A stretch of 64,000 nucleotides of DNA from an uncultured delta proteobacterium (GCA_963767925.1 CAVYGB010000008.1:160001-224000); one strand, 5' to 3'. Positions 21,446-31,877 are shown, counted from the first letter of the stretch. Numbers and translations are program-made. The notes: a model not told the origin generated them from the letters alone.

Positions 21446-23236
21446 ATGCACATCCGCCATCTGGGAGCCCGATCGAGGATTCGCCTGCTGCGCGCGGCCG
21501 TCGCGCTGGCGGCGGGAGCGGGCGGCCTGCTCCCGGGCGGCCACCTCCACGCCGAGGAGCCGGTGGACCGGGCGGCCATCCACCAGATCAAGCAGGAGGG
21601 CCTGCGGCGGTCGAAGGTCATGGACTACGCCTCCATGTTGACCGACGTGCACGGGCCCCGCCTGACCGGCTCGCCCAACCTGCGGGCCTCCGCGGAGTGG
21701 GCCCGGAAGACTTTCCAGGAGCTCGGTCTCGAGCGGCCCCGCCTCGAGCCCTGGGGACCGTTCGGCCGGGGTTGGAGCCAGGAGTACTTCGAGGCCCATG
21801 TGGTGAGCCCGCAGCGCTTCTCCCTGGTCGGGTTCCCGAAGGCCTGGACGCCGGGGACGGCCGGACGGGTCGCGGGCGAGGTGGTGATGGTGACGGCGCT
21901 GACCCGGGACGAGGACCTCAAGGCCTGGGAAGGCAAGCTCCGGGGCAAGTTCGTGTTCTTCGCCCCGCCGCGCCCGGCCTCGCCGCCCTTCCAGGCACCG
22001 GCCCGGCGGCTCACCGATCAGGAGCTCGTCGACCTATCGTTCGAGGCCGACCCGTCGCGGGTCGGACCCAGCCTGCCAGGCATGGGGCAGGGCACGTCCG
22101 AAGGCGCCCAGCCCCCGGCGGCGCCGCAGCTCCCGCTCTACCTCCCGCCCCGCGACGGCCCGGCCGGCGCTCCCGGCGGGGGCGAGGGGGGCGACCGCCG
22201 GGAGTTCGTGGCCCGCCGGATGAAGTTCCTCCTCGATCAGGGGGTGCTGGCCGTGCTCGAGCCCGGTCGGGGCGACTCGGGCGTGTTCGTGGTGGCGAGC
22301 GGCGGCCCCCGCGATCGCAAGGAGCCGCCGGTGGTCCCCCAGGTCGTCTTGACCATGGACCACTACAATCGGATGGCCCGCCTGCTGGCCCGGAAGATCC
22401 CCGTCAAGCTGGAGATGGAGGTGCGCAACCGCTTCCACGACGAGGACCCGATGGCCTTCAACGTGCTCGCCGATCTGCCCGGCACCGACAAGCGCGGCGA
22501 GGTGGTGATGCTGGGCGCCCACCTCGACTCCTGGCACGCGGGCACCGGCGCCACCGACAACGCTGCCGGGGTGGCGGTGGTGATGGAGGCGATCCGCATC
22601 CTCAAGGCCACCGGCCTCAAGCTGCGCCGGACGGTGCGGGTGGGCCTGTGGACCGGCGAGGAGCAGGGGATCTTCGGCTCGCGGGCCTACGTGAAGGCCC
22701 ACTTCGCCGATCGGGCCGACATGAAGCCCCGGCCCGATCACGCGCGGCTGGCCGGCTACTTCAACCTCGACAACGGCACTGGCGCCATCCGCGGGATCTT
22801 CGCCCAGAGCAACGACGCCGTGGTCCCGATCTTCGAGGACTGGTGCGCGCCCCTGCGCAGCCTGGGGGTGACGACGGTCAGCCCGCGCAACACCGGCGGC
22901 ACCGACCATCTGCCCTTCGACGAGGTGGGCCTGCCCGGCTTCCAGTTCATCCAGGACCCGGTCGACTACCAGTCGCGCACCCACCACACCAACCTCGACA
23001 CCTACGAGCGGCTGGTGGCCAACGACATGACGAAAAACGCGGTCGTCATGGCCAGCTTCGCCTACCACACCGCCAACCGGGCGGAGCGGCTCCCCCGCAA
23101 GCCGATGCCGAAGGCGCCCGCGCGGCCGGCACCGCCTGCCGCACCCGCCGCTCCCGGCCGCCAGCCCACCGCTCAGCCGCCCGCCGGGTCCGCCCCTCAG
23201 GCGCAGACGCAGGGGCCCACCACGGGCGGGCTATGA
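21446..23236 (+). CDS. M28-family secreted metallopeptidase (carboxypeptidase Q-like)
   Basis: GAHLDSW, GATDN, GEEQG, NLDNG, TDH, HHTNLD. Confidence 0.9.
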   Translation: MHIRHLGARSRIRLLRAAVALAAGAGGLLPGGHLHAEEPVDRAAIHQIKQEGLRRSKVMDYASMLTDVHGPRLTGSPNLRASAEWARKTFQELGLERPRLEPWGPFGRGWSQEYFEAHVVSPQRFSLVGFPKAWTPGTAGRVAGEVVMVTALTRDEDLKAWEGKLRGKFVFFAPPRPASPPFQAPARRLTDQELVDLSFEADPSRVGPSLPGMGQGTSEGAQPPAAPQLPLYLPPRDGPAGAPGGGEGGDRREFVARRMKFLLDQGVLAVLEPGRGDSGVFVVASGGPRDRKEPPVVPQVVLTMDHYNRMARLLARKIPVKLEMEVRNRFHDEDPMAFNVLADLPGTDKRGEVVMLGAHLDSWHAGTGATDNAAGVAVVMEAIRILKATGLKLRRTVRVGLWTGEEQGIFGSRAYVKAHFADRADMKPRPDHARLAGYFNLDNGTGAIRGIFAQSNDAVVPIFEDWCAPLRSLGVTTVSPRNTGGTDHLPFDEVGLPGFQFIQDPVDYQSRTHHTNLDTYERLVANDMTKNAVVMASFAYHTANRAERLPRKPMPKAPARPAPPAAPAAPGRQPTAQPPAGSAPQAQTQGPTTGGL

Positions 23237-23284
23237 CCGCCGCGAGGCGCCACCGCCGATGATCGGCCCGGCCGATTTTCTCGC

Positions 23285-23310
23285 GAACAAACCGGGCGCG
23301 GCGCCGTGTA
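23285..23310 (+). promoter_or_regulatory. Candidate autoregulated ECF promoter GAACAAA-N13-CGTGTA
   Basis: Fits the ECF -35 GAAC / -10 CGT pattern, 13 nt before the sigma start codon. Confidence 0.55.
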
Positions 23311-23323
23311 ACGCCTGGCCTAC

Positions 23324-23920
23324 ATGCGAACCATGCCCCTGAGATCTCCCGCCTCGGCCGAGCGTGAGCGGGAGCTGGACGAGGCCACCCTCCGGCGGGC
23401 CCAGGCCGGTGACCAGTCGGCGCAGGCCGCCCTGATCGAGCGCTACCAGCGCCCGGTGTTCGCCCTGCTGTCGCGCATGGTGGGCGGCGATCCGGAGCTG
23501 GTCGAGGACCTGGCCCAGGAGACCTTCTTGCGGGTGCTGGGCGCGCTGGCCGGCTTCGACCCCCGGGGGGAGGCCCGCCTGGTGACCTGGATCCTCACCA
23601 TCGCCGGGCATCTGGCCATCGATCACCTGCGCGCGGCCGGCTCGCGGGGGGACGCCAGCGCGGCGGCGGGCGGCCTGCCGTCGACGTTGCCCCGCCCGGA
23701 TCAGGACGCCCAGCGGCGCGACCTGGCGGTCGCCCTGGCCACCGCCGTCGACGAGCTGGGTCCCCACTTCCGGGCCGCCTTCGTGCTGCGCGAGGTGCAG
23801 GGGCTCAGCTACGAGGAGATCGCCACCGTGCTCGACATCCAGGTCGGCACGGTCAAGTCGCGGCTGTCGCGGGCGCGCTGGGCCCTCAAGCGGGCCCTGG
23901 CGGAGCTGCACGATGAGTGA
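23324..23920 (+). CDS. ECF RNA polymerase sigma factor
   Basis: EDLAQETFLR (region 2); LSYEEIA..L....GTVKSRLSRAR (region 4). Confidence 0.93.
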   Translation: MRTMPLRSPASAERERELDEATLRRAQAGDQSAQAALIERYQRPVFALLSRMVGGDPELVEDLAQETFLRVLGALAGFDPRGEARLVTWILTIAGHLAIDHLRAAGSRGDASAAAGGLPSTLPRPDQDAQRRDLAVALATAVDELGPHFRAAFVLREVQGLSYEEIATVLDIQVGTVKSRLSRARWALKRALAELHDE

Positions 23921-25313
23921 CCGGCGCGATCCCCGGTCGATCGAGGAGCTCCCGCTCGAGCAGCTCATCGACGAGCTGTGGCCCTTCCCGCAGCCCCCGC
24001 CCGGGTTTGCCGCCCGCGTGCTGGCCGCCCACCACCGCCGGGGCGCGCTCGCGGCGCCGGCCGGCCGCCGCCCGGAGGAGCAGCGGACCGCCCGCTGGCC
24101 GCTGCTCGTCGCCCTCGGCGCCGGGGGAGCCCTGGCCGCCGCCCTCGTGCTCCTGGTGGTGACCCGGGGCGGAGGCAGCGGGGCCATCGTGCGGACCGAC
24201 GGGCAGCTAAGAGCCGACGAGCGGCAGACCGTCCGTCTCGACGACCGGGTGCTGGCGGTCGCCGAGAAGGGCAGCGAGATCGCCTGGAGCGCGCGCGCCG
24301 ACGGCCTGCGCGTCGACCAGCCGCGCGGCGAGGTCTTCTATCGCGTCGACAAGGGGGACCAGTTCCTCGTCGTCACGCCCGCCGGGGAGGTCGAGGTCAC
24401 CGGGACCTGCTTCCGGGTGGCGGTCGACGAGCCCGGGAGTGGCCGCCTGTCGCCCCGCATGCGGGTGGAGGTCTCCGAGGGGTCGGTCCGGGCGCGCAGC
24501 GGCCCCAGCGAGATCGTCCTGCGCGCGGGCGAGGAGGCCCGCCTGTCTCCCGACCAGGTCCCCCTGCGCACCGACCGCAGCGACAGCACCGGACCCGTGG
24601 TCGAGGGGCCCCACGCTGCCAGCGCCGCCGAGCTGCGGGCCTGGGAGCGGGCCAGCCGCATCCGGGCCCTGGAGGCGGAGGCCCGCCTGCGGCGGCTGGA
24701 GCGGACGGTGGCCCTGCAGCCCCGTCCGGCCGAAGCCGCCGGGGCCAGCGCCGGCCTGCCCCCGCGCCGCAAGGTGTACGCCTTCACCGCGGAGGAGCGG
24801 GCGGCCCTGGCCCGCCGCTGCGAGTTTCGCTGGGGTCTGCCCCGCCACCTCACCCACTGGGCTACCCCCTCGGTCGACAAGAAGCTCGTCATCGACGCCG
24901 TCGAGAGCGCTGCGGTGGCCCGGGTCATGGAAGAGCAGCGGACCGAGTTCATGGAGCAGCTCCGGGCCCTGTACCTGGAGGTGGTCGGGGATCGCCAGGC
25001 CGTGGCGACCCTCTCGGCCATGGCCCTGCACCACGAGATCACCAACAAGTCGCGCAGCGGGGATGGTCACGAGGCCCGCCAGAACCTGCTGCTCGAGTGG
25101 GCCGGCCGGCGGCCACCACCGGCCGACCCCGACCGCAGCCCCCCGCTCGAGCGCTTCTGGCGCCTGCAGACGGGCGCGGGCGACGAGCTCGTGCGCCGCC
25201 TGCAGCCCATCCTGGGACCCGAACGGGCTCGCGAGCTGGCCCTGGACCTGACCGACGTCAGCGTCCGGGGCCACGAGCGAAACTGCCCGTCCGGGGATAA
25301 GACCGGCCGCTGA
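23913..25313 (+). CDS. Anti-sigma factor with FecR-like domain and uncharacterised C-terminal domain
   Basis: Overlaps the sigma stop; PPPGFAARVL, one TM helix, GEVFYRV...VVTPAGEVEVTGTCFRV...VSEGSV. Confidence 0.75.
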   Translation: MSDRRDPRSIEELPLEQLIDELWPFPQPPPGFAARVLAAHHRRGALAAPAGRRPEEQRTARWPLLVALGAGGALAAALVLLVVTRGGGSGAIVRTDGQLRADERQTVRLDDRVLAVAEKGSEIAWSARADGLRVDQPRGEVFYRVDKGDQFLVVTPAGEVEVTGTCFRVAVDEPGSGRLSPRMRVEVSEGSVRARSGPSEIVLRAGEEARLSPDQVPLRTDRSDSTGPVVEGPHAASAAELRAWERASRIRALEAEARLRRLERTVALQPRPAEAAGASAGLPPRRKVYAFTAEERAALARRCEFRWGLPRHLTHWATPSVDKKLVIDAVESAAVARVMEEQRTEFMEQLRALYLEVVGDRQAVATLSAMALHHEITNKSRSGDGHEARQNLLLEWAGRRPPPADPDRSPPLERFWRLQTGAGDELVRRLQPILGPERARELALDLTDVSVRGHERNCPSGDKTGR

Positions 25314-25326
25314 GGCGGCCGGCCGC

Positions 25327-25999
25327 TCACTCGGCGGCCTGGGCCTCCGGCAGCGGCTCGCCGTGGACGGGGGTCAGGACCAGGGCCGGCATCCTCGCGC
25401 AGGCGAACAGGGTGGCCGCGACGCCGAGGTAGCTGGCGGCCAGGACCGGCGACTCGGCGAACCCGATCGCCTCGCCGTGCATGAAGCCGAAGAAGGTCAG
25501 CACGGCTCCCACCGCCGCGAAGACCCCCGCCTTGCTGAAGGCCCGGTCGATGATGAAGGCGGCGATCGCGCCGAGGATGAGGCCGCCCAGGATCGAGCCG
25601 CCGCCCAGGACGGACAGGCCCTGGTAGAGCACCCCTCCCTGGCCGAGCTTGTCGAAGCCCACCGCCGCGGCGGAGGTGCCGGCCGCGGCCAGCGAGTTGT
25701 CGATCTGCAGCTTGCCCCAGTGGGCCAGGTGGGGCATCAGCGACAGGATGATGGCGGGGGCGTGGCTCCTGGGCGTCTCCTGGAAGGGCCAGCCGGGCGT
25801 AATACAAGGTCGACAGGCACAACATCAGGCCGGTGGCGGGGATGATGCGCCCGAACACCAGCTCGTCGGGCATGCGCAGGACGAAGCGCAACAGCCCGGT
25901 CAGCACCAGCAGGTTGACGAGGATGTTGGTGCCGAACCCGAAAAACGCGTTCCAGTCACCGGGCGTCCACAGCGCCGGCTTCTTCCCTTCGATCGTCAT
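25327..25999 (-). pseudogene. NCS2/xanthine-uracil-like permease with large internal deletion and frameshift at ~25787
   Basis: N-terminal 71 aa (WTPGDWNAFFGFGTNILVN) joined out of frame to a C-terminal part (FQETPRSHAPAI...GGGSILGG..LGAI...LTFFGFMHG). Confidence 0.75.
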
Positions 26000-26027
26000 G
26001 ATTGTCTCCTCCTCCGTCTGCCCTGCA

Positions 26028-26705
26028 CTATTCGAGCGCCGCGAGCACCCGGGCCGAGTCGGTGACCCAGCCGAAGATCCCGCCCTGGGCCTTGATCATC
26101 CGCAGGGCGACCTCGTGAAACTCCGGGAAATACGAGGCGCAGCAGTCGCCGGGCACCAGGCAGCGGTACCCGCGGTCGTTGGCCTCTCGCACCGTCGTGT
26201 GCACGCAGACCTCGGTTGTCACGCCGCACACGATGAGGTCGGCGATGCCCAGGTTCTGCAGGATGGTGTGCAGGTCGGTGGCGAAGAAGGATCCCTTGCC
26301 CGGCTTGTCGATCACCGGCTCGCCCGGCCGGGGGTACAGCTCGGGCACGATGTCGTGGCCGGCCTCGCCGCGCACGAGGATGCGGCCCATGGGGCCGGGG
26401 TCTCCGATGCGTTTCCCGGGCGCGCCCCGCTGCACCTTGGCCGGCGGAGCGTCGCTCAGATCGGGCCGGTGCCCCTCGCGGGTGTGGAGGATCGGCAGGC
26501 CCTTGCGGCGGGCCAGCTCCAGGAGGGCCCGGCAGGGCTTCACCGCGGCCGAGAGCCGCTGCACCTGGTTGCCCAGCGCCTCCCCGAAGCCGCCCGGCTC
26601 GAGGAAGTCCCGCTGCATGTCGATGATGATCAGCGCCGTGCGGGCGAGATCGAGGGAGATGGCCCCTGGCTCGGCGGCAATGCTGACGACTCCGGTGGCC
26701 CCCAT
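26028..26705 (-). CDS. trtA: Isochorismatase-family cysteine hydrolase, triuret hydrolase (TrtA)-type
   Basis: Asp-Lys-Cys triad (IDMQ, DKPGK, TTEVC); TrtA-type signature residues F/L/N in GGFGEALGN, E in TTEVC, Y in ASYFP, I in GGIFG. Confidence 0.75.
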   Translation of the reverse strand: MGATGVVSIAAEPGAISLDLARTALIIIDMQRDFLEPGGFGEALGNQVQRLSAAVKPCRALLELARRKGLPILHTREGHRPDLSDAPPAKVQRGAPGKRIGDPGPMGRILVRGEAGHDIVPELYPRPGEPVIDKPGKGSFFATDLHTILQNLGIADLIVCGVTTEVCVHTTVREANDRGYRCLVPGDCCASYFPEFHEVALRMIKAQGGIFGWVTDSARVLAALE

Positions 26706-26776
26706 GTTCGGTCCTCTCTCCCGGGACCTCTGGGTCTCGGGGCTAGTGACCGTACCGAGCGTACCTGAGCGTCGTT

Positions 26777-29700
26777 TCAGCCATCTTTCGTCGAGGTTAA
26801 ACTCTCCTGCACCACGGCCAGGATCTGGCCCGGCTGCACCGGGCGGCCGGCGACGGCGCGGATCTCCCGCACGGTGCCCGCGCTCGTCGCCGCCACGCTG
26901 ATCTCGGTCTTCATCGCCTCGACGATCGCGAGCGGCTCGCCCTCGGCCACCCGGTCACCCGGGGCCTTGAGGATCTTCCAGAGGTTGCCCGCCACTGGGC
27001 TGAGCACGGGCAGGCAGCCGGGCGGCAAGTCGGCCGCAGGCGGCGGCGGGTCGGCCTCGACGGGATCGTCCGCCGCCAGGTCCTGGCCGGCGGCGGCCCA
27101 GCGCTCGCGCTCGGCGAGGAAGGCCGCCTGCTGCTGGCGCTTGAAGGCGGCGATCTCCCGGGCGCTCTCCCCCAGCAGCCGCTGGTAGGCGGGGAAGTCG
27201 AAGATCCCCTCCTCGATCCGGATCGGGGTGCGGCCGAACAGGAACCCCGCCCGCATGGCCAGCAGCTCGTCCGCCGCCACCGGGTAAAAGCGGATGCGAT
27301 CGAAGGGGCGCAGCAGCCAGGGTTTGCCCTCGCGAAAGGGCGGGGTCTGGCGGTGCGTGTTCCAGACCTGCACCGTCCGGCCGACGAACTGGTAGCCGCC
27401 GGGTCCCTCCATGCCATAGATGCACAGGTAGGCGCCGCCGATCCCCACCGCGTTCTCCGGGGTCCAGGTGCGGGCCGGGTTGTATTTGGTGGTGACGAGC
27501 CGGTGCCGGGGATCGAGGGGCGTGGCCACCGGCGCCCCCAGGTAGACGTCGCCCAGGCCGAGCACGAGGAAGCTGGCGTCGAAGACGATGCCGCGGACGT
27601 CGGCGGTGCTCGCCAGGCCGTTGATGCGGCGGATGAACTCGATGTTGCTCGGGCACCAGGGCGCGTCGCTGCGCACCACCCGCTGGTACTTCTCGATGGC
27701 CTCCAGGGTGGCTGGATCCTCCCAGGACAGCGGCAGGTGCACGGTGCGGCTGGGGATGCGCAGGCTCTCGGGTCCGGGCAGGTCGGCCTCCAGGGCCTTC
27801 AGGGTCTGCAGCAGGGCGGGGGTGGAGAGGCGCCCGGGATCGTGGTGGATCTGCAGCGAGCGGATCCCCGGCGTCAGGTCGACGATCCCCGGCAGGGCCC
27901 GGGCGGCCAGCGCCTCCATGAGGGCGTGGGCCCGCAGGCGCAGGGCCAGGTCGAGGGTGGGGGGGCCGTATTCGACGAGCAGATAGTCGTCGCCCGCTCG
28001 CCGGTACACGACTGGCACCGGGCCCCGGCTGCCCTCGGCCAGGATGGGAGAGTCCTGCTCGATCGGCAGGGCGCGGCCGGCGGGGCGGGGGCGGGGGGGC
28101 TCGAGCTCGTCGATCCAGGATTGCTGATCGGCGAGCAGGGCCGCCCCCTCCTCCGGCGTGATTCGCCGGAAGTGGACCCGGTCGCCGGCCTTGAGCTGGC
28201 CCAGCTTCCAGCGCTCGGCCTGGACCACTGTGGCGGGGCAGACGAACCCGCCGAGGCTGGGCCCGTCGGGGCCGAGGAGGATCGGCATGTCGCCGGTGAA
28301 GTCCACCGTGCCGACCGCGTAGGCGTTGTCGTGGATGTTCGAGGGGTGCAGGCCGGCCTCGCCGCCGTCGGAGCGGGCCCAGGTCGGCCGGGGCCCGATC
28401 AGGCGGACGCCGGTGCGGTCGGAGTTGTGGTGCACGCGGAACGAGGTGGCGAAGAAGGTCTCGATGTCCGCGTCGGTGAAGAAGTCGGGCGCCCCGTGGG
28501 GGCCGTACAGCACGGCCAGATCCCAGCTCCGGGGGTATTCGGGGAGGGCCCGCAGGGGGCTGGTGAGGGGGGCGTGGACGGCGGCGCTGCTGCCCACCCG
28601 CAGGACGTCCCCCGGTCGCAGGGCCCGGCCGCCGTGGCCCCCGAAGCCACCGAGCAGGAAGGTCGCCCGGCTGCCGAACACCTCGGGCACGTCGAGCCCG
28701 CCGCGCACCGCCAGGTAAGCGCGCGCGCCCGCCCGGGGCCCCGCGCTCGCCACCGCCCCCAGGCGCAGCAGCCCACCCGCCGGCACGGTGAAGGCGCAGC
28801 CCTCGGGGACCGGCCGTCCGTCGAGCCGGGCCGCGATCTCGGACCCGGCCAGCGCCACCACCGCCTGCCGGCGAAAGCGCAGGGTGGGCCCGGCCAGCGC
28901 CAGCTCGAGGGCGGGGGCGCCAGGGGCGTTGCCCACCAGGCGGTTGGCCACCCGGAAGGCGAAGTCGTCCATCGGGCCCGAGGGGGGGACGCCCACCGCC
29001 CACAGGCCGAGCCGGCCCGGCCAGTCCTGCACCGTGGTCTGGGTGCCGCCGTCGACGACGTCGATGGCCGCCGCGTCCGGCTGGATCTCGCCCAGCAGGT
29101 CGGTCCGCACGTCGCCCCGGGCGAAGGCGGGGTGCTCGACCACCACCTGCAGGTAGGCGAGGTTCGTCTCGATGCCGTGGATGCGGGTCTGCGCCAGGGC
29201 GTCGGCCAGGCGGGCCAGCGCCTGGCTCCGGTCGGCGCCGGTGGCGATGATCTTCACCAGCAGCGGGTCGTAGTGGGGCGTGATCTCGAGCCCCGGCTCG
29301 ATCCAGCCGTCGCAGCGCACGCCGGGGGGCAGCTCGACCGCGGTGAGGCGCCCGGTGCTGGGCTGGAAGCCCTTGCCCGCGTCCTCGGCGTAGACCCGGG
29401 CCTCCACCGCGGCTCCCCGCGGCCCGGGAGCCCGGGCGGGCAGGGTGAACCCGCCGGCGGCCTGGCGGATCATCCACTCGACGAGATCGATCCCGGTGAC
29501 CGCCTCGGTCACCCCGTGCTCGACCTGCAGCCTCGTGTTGACCTCGAGGAAGAAGACCTCCTGCGAGCGCCCGTCCATCACGAACTCGACCGTGCCGGCC
29601 GAGGCGTAGCGCACGGCCTGCCCCATGCGCACCGCCGCCTCCTGCAGGGCCTGGCGCACCTCCGGCCGCAGGCCCGGGGCGGGCGCCTCTTCGATCACCT

Positions 29701-30406
29701 TCTGGTTGCGGCGCTGGGTGGAGCAGTCACGCTCGCCGAGGGCCAGCACGTTGCCCGTCCCGTCGCCGAAGATCTGCACCTCGATGTGGCGGGCCGGCTC
29801 GAGGAAACGCTCGAGGTAGGCCCCGCCGTCGTCGAAGTTCTGGCGGGACAGGCGCCGGACCGTCTCGAAGGCCTCCTCGAGGGCCCGGGCGTCCCGGCAC
29901 ACGCGCAGGCCGATCCCCCCGCCGCCGGCGGTGCTCTTGCACATCACCGGGTACCCGATCCGCTCGGCCGCCGCGCGGGCCTCCTCGAGATCGGCCAGCA
30001 GGCCGGTCCCCGGCAGCAGGGGGACCCCCTCGCGGACGGCGACCTCCCGGGCCAGGTGCTTGAGGCCGAAGCGGTGGATCTGCTCGGGCGTGGGGCCGAT
30101 GAAGCGGATCCCCGCCGCCTGGCAGGTCCGGGCGAACGCCGCGTTCTCCGAGAGGAACCCGTACCCGGGATGGATCGCCTCCGCGCCGCTGGCCTGGGCG
30201 GCGGCGAGGATGCGCTCGCTCCGCAGGTAGCTCTCGCCCACGGCGGCCCCCCCGATCGGGATCGCCTCGTCGGCCTCCCGCACGTGGCGGGCGTTGGCGT
30301 CCGCCTCCGAGTAGACCGCCACCGACCCGATCCCCATCTCCCGCAAAGTCCGCAACACGCGGCAGGCGATCTCCCCCCGGTTGGCAACCAGAACCTTGCG
30401 AAACAT
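26777..30406 (-). CDS. uca: Urea/guanidine carboxylase (guanidine-type)
   Basis: Biotin carboxylase (ANRGEIA, HPGYGFLSEN), carboxyltransferase HPSNIHDNAYAVGTVDFTGDMP (Asp variant), biotin motif EAMK. Confidence 0.95.
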   Translation of the reverse strand: MFRKVLVANRGEIACRVLRTLREMGIGSVAVYSEADANARHVREADEAIPIGGAAVGESYLRSERILAAAQASGAEAIHPGYGFLSENAAFARTCQAAGIRFIGPTPEQIHRFGLKHLAREVAVREGVPLLPGTGLLADLEEARAAAERIGYPVMCKSTAGGGGIGLRVCRDARALEEAFETVRRLSRQNFDDGGAYLERFLEPARHIEVQIFGDGTGNVLALGERDCSTQRRNQKVIEEAPAPGLRPEVRQALQEAAVRMGQAVRYASAGTVEFVMDGRSQEVFFLEVNTRLQVEHGVTEAVTGIDLVEWMIRQAAGGFTLPARAPGPRGAAVEARVYAEDAGKGFQPSTGRLTAVELPPGVRCDGWIEPGLEITPHYDPLLVKIIATGADRSQALARLADALAQTRIHGIETNLAYLQVVVEHPAFARGDVRTDLLGEIQPDAAAIDVVDGGTQTTVQDWPGRLGLWAVGVPPSGPMDDFAFRVANRLVGNAPGAPALELALAGPTLRFRRQAVVALAGSEIAARLDGRPVPEGCAFTVPAGGLLRLGAVASAGPRAGARAYLAVRGGLDVPEVFGSRATFLLGGFGGHGGRALRPGDVLRVGSSAAVHAPLTSPLRALPEYPRSWDLAVLYGPHGAPDFFTDADIETFFATSFRVHHNSDRTGVRLIGPRPTWARSDGGEAGLHPSNIHDNAYAVGTVDFTGDMPILLGPDGPSLGGFVCPATVVQAERWKLGQLKAGDRVHFRRITPEEGAALLADQQSWIDELEPPRPRPAGRALPIEQDSPILAEGSRGPVPVVYRRAGDDYLLVEYGPPTLDLALRLRAHALMEALAARALPGIVDLTPGIRSLQIHHDPGRLSTPALLQTLKALEADLPGPESLRIPSRTVHLPLSWEDPATLEAIEKYQRVVRSDAPWCPSNIEFIRRINGLASTADVRGIVFDASFLVLGLGDVYLGAPVATPLDPRHRLVTTKYNPARTWTPENAVGIGGAYLCIYGMEGPGGYQFVGRTVQVWNTHRQTPPFREGKPWLLRPFDRIRFYPVAADELLAMRAGFLFGRTPIRIEEGIFDFPAYQRLLGESAREIAAFKRQQQAAFLAERERWAAAGQDLAADDPVEADPPPPAADLPPGCLPVLSPVAGNLWKILKAPGDRVAEGEPLAIVEAMKTEISVAATSAGTVREIRAVAGRPVQPGQILAVVQESLTSTKDG

Positions 30407-30461
30407 CCTGCGATTGGCTCCGTTCAGCAGACGCTCCCGGGAGAGCGGTTCGAGTCCTCGT

Positions 30462-31115
30462 CTAGATGGGGTTCCAGACCAGGAGCCGGATGGGGGTGGG
30501 GTTGTAGGCGTTGCAGGGGTTGTTGAGCTGGGGGCAGTTGGAGATCAGGCACAACACGTCCATCTCCGCCCGCAGCTCGACGTATTTGCCGCCCGCCGAC
30601 ACGCCGTCCTCGAAGGTGAGCTTGCCCTCGACCGTCACCGGGACGTTCATGAAGAAGTTGATGTTGGCGGTGAGGTCTCGCTTGCCCAGCGGGAGGTTCG
30701 CCCTGGCCGCCGCCAGCAGGAAGCTGTCCCGGCAGTTGTGCATGTTGCGGGTGTGGTGGCCGTAGCGGACGGTGTTGCTCTCGGCCGAGCAGGCGCCGCC
30801 CAGGGTGTCGTGGCGCCCGCAGAGGTCGGCCACGATGGTCAGCAGCTTGCGGTTGCTGGTGGAGCGCAGCTCGCTCCCGGTGCTGAGGTAGAGGTTCCCC
30901 TGGGCCCGGATCGTGTCGACCGCGCTGTACCGTTCCCGGGGGTCCTCGGCGTTGAAGAACAGGGTGTCGACCGCCTGGTTTCCCTCGAGGTCGACGATGC
31001 GCAGGACCTGGCCCCGGTTGATCCGTCGCAGCCAGGCCTCGCCGGCCGGCAGCACCGCGTCCAGCGCGGCCCGGGCGGGATCGAGGCGGCTCTCCTTGAA
31101 GTTGAAAGAACGCAT
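30462..31115 (-). CDS. cgdB: Carboxyguanidine deiminase subunit B (urea carboxylase-associated protein 1)
   Basis: [48 protein letters not shown]. Confidence 0.9.
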   Translation of the reverse strand: MRSFNFKESRLDPARAALDAVLPAGEAWLRRINRGQVLRIVDLEGNQAVDTLFFNAEDPRERYSAVDTIRAQGNLYLSTGSELRSTSNRKLLTIVADLCGRHDTLGGACSAESNTVRYGHHTRNMHNCRDSFLLAAARANLPLGKRDLTANINFFMNVPVTVEGKLTFEDGVSAGGKYVELRAEMDVLCLISNCPQLNNPCNAYNPTPIRLLVWNPI

Positions 31116-31127
31116 GATCGCTCCGGC

Positions 31128-31877
31128 CTAGAGGAAGAACCGCTCGGTGTTCTGGAAGCCCCGCTCGTTCTCCGGCCGGGAGGTGCGGCAGGGATCGTCG
31201 GGCCCCGGGGGATCCGAACGCCAGAGCAGGAGCTTGATCCGGCGGGGGGCGTACTCCGGGCCGGGGTCGAGCGGGTGGGGGCAGGTGTTGAGCACGAAGA
31301 GCACGTTCAGCTCCGCTCGCAGGTCGACATAGCTGCCGGGTGGGCTGTGCCCGGGCACGAAGCGCAGGCGGCCGTCCGAGTCGGCCGTCACCTTGGAGAA
31401 GAGGTTGAGGTTGGGCATCAGGTCCTGCTGCCCCAGCCCCCACTTGCCCAGCTCGACAAGGAAACAGTCGTGGGCGTTGCGGTGGTAGAGGTTGCGCTTC
31501 TCCTGGTAGCGAGCCACGCCGTAGCGGGCCACCGCGCCGGCGGCGTCGAGGTGGCCGGCCAGCGTGTCGTGCCAGCCGCACGAATCGGCAGGGATCGAGC
31601 AGAGGACCCGCCCCATGTCCGAGTAGAGCGCCCGTCCCTGGGTGAGGAAGGCGGTGTGCTGGGCCTTCAGCGTGTCGGGCATGTTGTAGCGCTCGCCGAG
31701 CAGGTCCCGGTTGTAGAGCATCAGCCCCACGTTGGCCCCGCCGTCGAGGTCGATGAGCCGCAAGGTGTGATGCCGCCGCACCACCTGGGACCACATGGCT
31801 CCACCGGCCAGCTCCTCCTCGAGGAGGATCCGGTCGGGCGCGGGAAGAGACGGCATGGGCGGCGGGATCGACGACAT
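31128..31877 (-). CDS. cgdA: Carboxyguanidine deiminase subunit A (urea carboxylase-associated protein 2)
   Basis: ERYNMPDTLKAQHT, SDMGRVL, WHD, NLFSKV, TCPHPLDP. Confidence 0.9.
   Translation of the reverse strand: MSSIPPPMPSLPAPDRILLEEELAGGAMWSQVVRRHHTLRLIDLDGGANVGLMLYNRDLLGERYNMPDTLKAQHTAFLTQGRALYSDMGRVLCSIPADSCGWHDTLAGHLDAAGAVARYGVARYQEKRNLYHRNAHDCFLVELGKWGLGQQDLMPNLNLFSKVTADSDGRLRFVPGHSPPGSYVDLRAELNVLFVLNTCPHPLDPGPEYAPRRIKLLLWRSDPPGPDDPCRTSRPENERGFQNTERFFL

Noticed and set aside
26028..26705. Biuret hydrolase BiuH
   Set aside because: The specificity positions are F/L/N/E/Y/I (TrtA-type), not Y/M/Y/D/T/V.
27353..30526. Long antisense and alternate-frame ORFs (also 6530-9646, 41359-43929, 59701-63171 and others)
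   Set aside because: Shadow ORFs of real genes in high-GC DNA; low-complexity translations without motifs.
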